A stretch of DNA of 64,000 nt. It comes from Prorocentrum cordatum (lineage: Eukaryota). Position 1 is the stretch's first letter; each line of letters opens with the position of its first letter. Position numbers and translations under genes: made by a program. The notes under the pieces were generated by a model. It searched no databases, was not told where the DNA came from, and worked only from the letters and a program-made list of their open reading frames with translations. The stretch lies in the NCBI GenBank assembly GCA_963575745.1, contig CAUYUJ010000092.1, positions 62,001 to 126,000 of the forward strand, written 5' to 3'. Shown here piece after piece: positions 62,000-64,000 of this stretch.

Positions 62000-63596
62000 C
62001 CCCCCGCTCCTGTTGACAGTGGGTTCTCTCGTGCGTGGGCTGAGGCGGTGGTGTTAGTTTCTCGTATTGCCGTTCTCAAGTATCTTTCTTTCGCTCCCCC
62101 TCCCGTGAGGACCATCGCAGGCCTTACCAGTGAGGACCGCCATGAGGTCTCACACCCTCCACAGCTTCCATCGGGGCGACGGGGGCAAATCCCCACGACC
62201 CTGGCACTGTACGTGCAGTGATGGGTGTGGCGGCCGGTCTTCCCATCCCACCATATAGGAAGCGTGAAGTCCTTGAAGACGGGACGGGGTTGGCACGAGT
62301 GGGCATCATAGCCGGTTCAAAATCGAAAAAGGCATCATAGCCTCATCAGTTACCGTTCTCATTGGCAGTAATTTCTCCCCTAACATCAAGCCCTCCCCGA
62401 ATGGACCGTGAACGGGACTCAATCCCCGGCTGGTCGTCTTGTGCCGCTAGCATAGGCAACCAAATAGCCATCATATGCCTTGCCAGTGGTGATCGTTCTT
62501 TTATTATTATTTTTTGCTTTCGGCGGAACCCCCCGCCCCCCCCCCCCCCGTAGAGAAGTTATGGGCTGATTTTGGCACCTGCTTCAGTCGATCGGACGAA
62601 CTACGGGGGCCGGCGCCCCCCCCCCCCCGTAGAAACTCGAATCGCTGATGTGTGCAACTGTGCGATATTTTTCCTGCTATTCTTCTGGAACCATAACGAA
62701 AGGGCTCAGGGGCGCCGGACCCGATCGCCAAAAAGCATGCCTCCGGTTGGGCCCTCCCCTGTTATGCCACCGACGGCCTTGTGGAATCATGAATATGTGA
62801 TCCATAGTAATCCTGGCACAGCCCCGCACAATCACGCATAGCCTTGGCGCAGCCCCGCGCAGCCTCTGCGCGATTCCCCCATGGGGGGTCCCCCAAAGGA
62901 TTCCCTCATCGGCATCTCCCACAGGATTCCCCCATAGGCTTCCCCCATGGGCTTCCCCCATCGGATTCCCTCATAGGCTTCCCCCATCGTATTGTAATTG
63001 TTAGAACGAGTTTGTTTACCAGTTTCACGCCTCATGAGGCTCAAATGTTGAATTTTAAGCTATGTTGAAAATTTCAAGATGATTCAATCGGAGGTATTGA
63101 CTACGGGACGAGAGCCGGACCCCCCCCCCCCCCTCCCCCCCTTGCGCCAAATGACGAAACCCAGAATACATAAACGCTCACGTGACGACCACCATAAGGC
63201 CTCACGCCCTCCGCAACTCCCATCATCACAGGGGCCGAGGGAGCAAATCCCCACGAAGACGTCACCAGAGGACGTTTTCGGCGACGACGACCACGATTGG
63301 GAACAACAATACGAGTGGGCGCAGCAACACGGATACGGGGGGGTGCGTCAGTGGGTTTCGTGCCGCCCCTTGAAGGCCTTTCCAGGGGGGCTAGGAGCGA
63401 GACGTTCTACGGGAGCGTGACGCCGCGAGGTTGCGGCGAGTGCGGCGTGAATCCCCGCCTGTAGAACCCCCGCTCCTGTTGATAGTGGGTTTTCTCGTGC
63501 ATGGGTCGGGGCAGTGGTAATATTTTTAGTCAACCCTTTTTCTGGTAGTTTTCTCCCCCCCTGTTGAAGACCATCGCAGGCCTTACCAGTGAGGAC
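62000..63596 (+). repeat. Pair of diverged ~135-bp direct repeats (~62000-62137 and ~63466-63596), plus a second shared block (~62140-62205 and ~63193-63265)
   Basis: CCCCCGCTCCTGTTGAYAGTGGGTT...GACCATCGCAGGCCTTACCAGTGAGGAC occurs in both. Confidence 0.7.
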
Positions 63597-64000
63597 TTTC
63601 CCCTGGACCGCGCACGTGCCGCCGGCCATGATTAGCACACACCCCTCTTGGACGCCCCCCTCTTGGCCGCCCTCGCCTCTCCTCCTCGAACCTGTCGTGG
63701 AACAGCCCAGAGCGGCGGCCGCGCCCGAGGCCCCCGGCAAGGGCAGCCTGAGCCCTGCCTGCCAGTCTCCCGCGGGGAGGCGGCCCCCCGTCGGCTGGCG
63801 GGCGGAGTCCCAGCGCCCGCGCGCAGGGGCGCATCGGTCTTGCGGGAGGAGGAGGAGGAGGAGGAGGAGGAGGAGGAGGAGGAGGAAGAGGAGGAGGAGG
63901 ACGACGCGATGAGCTGAATGCGGAAAACGGGGAGCATCAGGACGACGAGGAGCACGAGGAGTTTCAGGACGAGGAGGAGGGATGAGGGAGACGGGAAGGA

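Overview
This is eukaryotic, GC-rich, repeat-saturated genomic DNA from a dinoflagellate: an exact 22-nt dinoflagellate spliced leader (SL) is present. The high GC and repeat content would fit a Prorocentrum-like genome, but that is inference. Most of the ORF track is noise from microsatellites and GC-rich repeats. Supportable content: (1) An apparently intact ~7 kb non-LTR retrotransposon (36504-43470, minus) with a zinc-finger ORF1 and an APE-RT-RNase H-zinc finger ORF2. Its 5' end is a complete SL followed by two 15-nt relic SLs, and it sits inside (TCC)n microsatellite. (2) Two decayed relatives, one also starting with a degenerate SL directly after a (TCC)n tract, plus a small endonuclease remnant. 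(3) A three-exon host gene encoding a signal peptide plus three fused RidA/YjgF/UK114 domains; both interruptions look like insertions with target-site duplications (TSDs). (4) Several MITE-like families with terminal inverted repeats (TIRs), 12-, 83- and 90-bp tandem satellites, and many GGA, CAT and GT microsatellites. The best candidate for a novel system is a LINE that renews its 5' end by host SL trans-splicing, possibly using the (TCC)n insertion site as its polypyrimidine tract.
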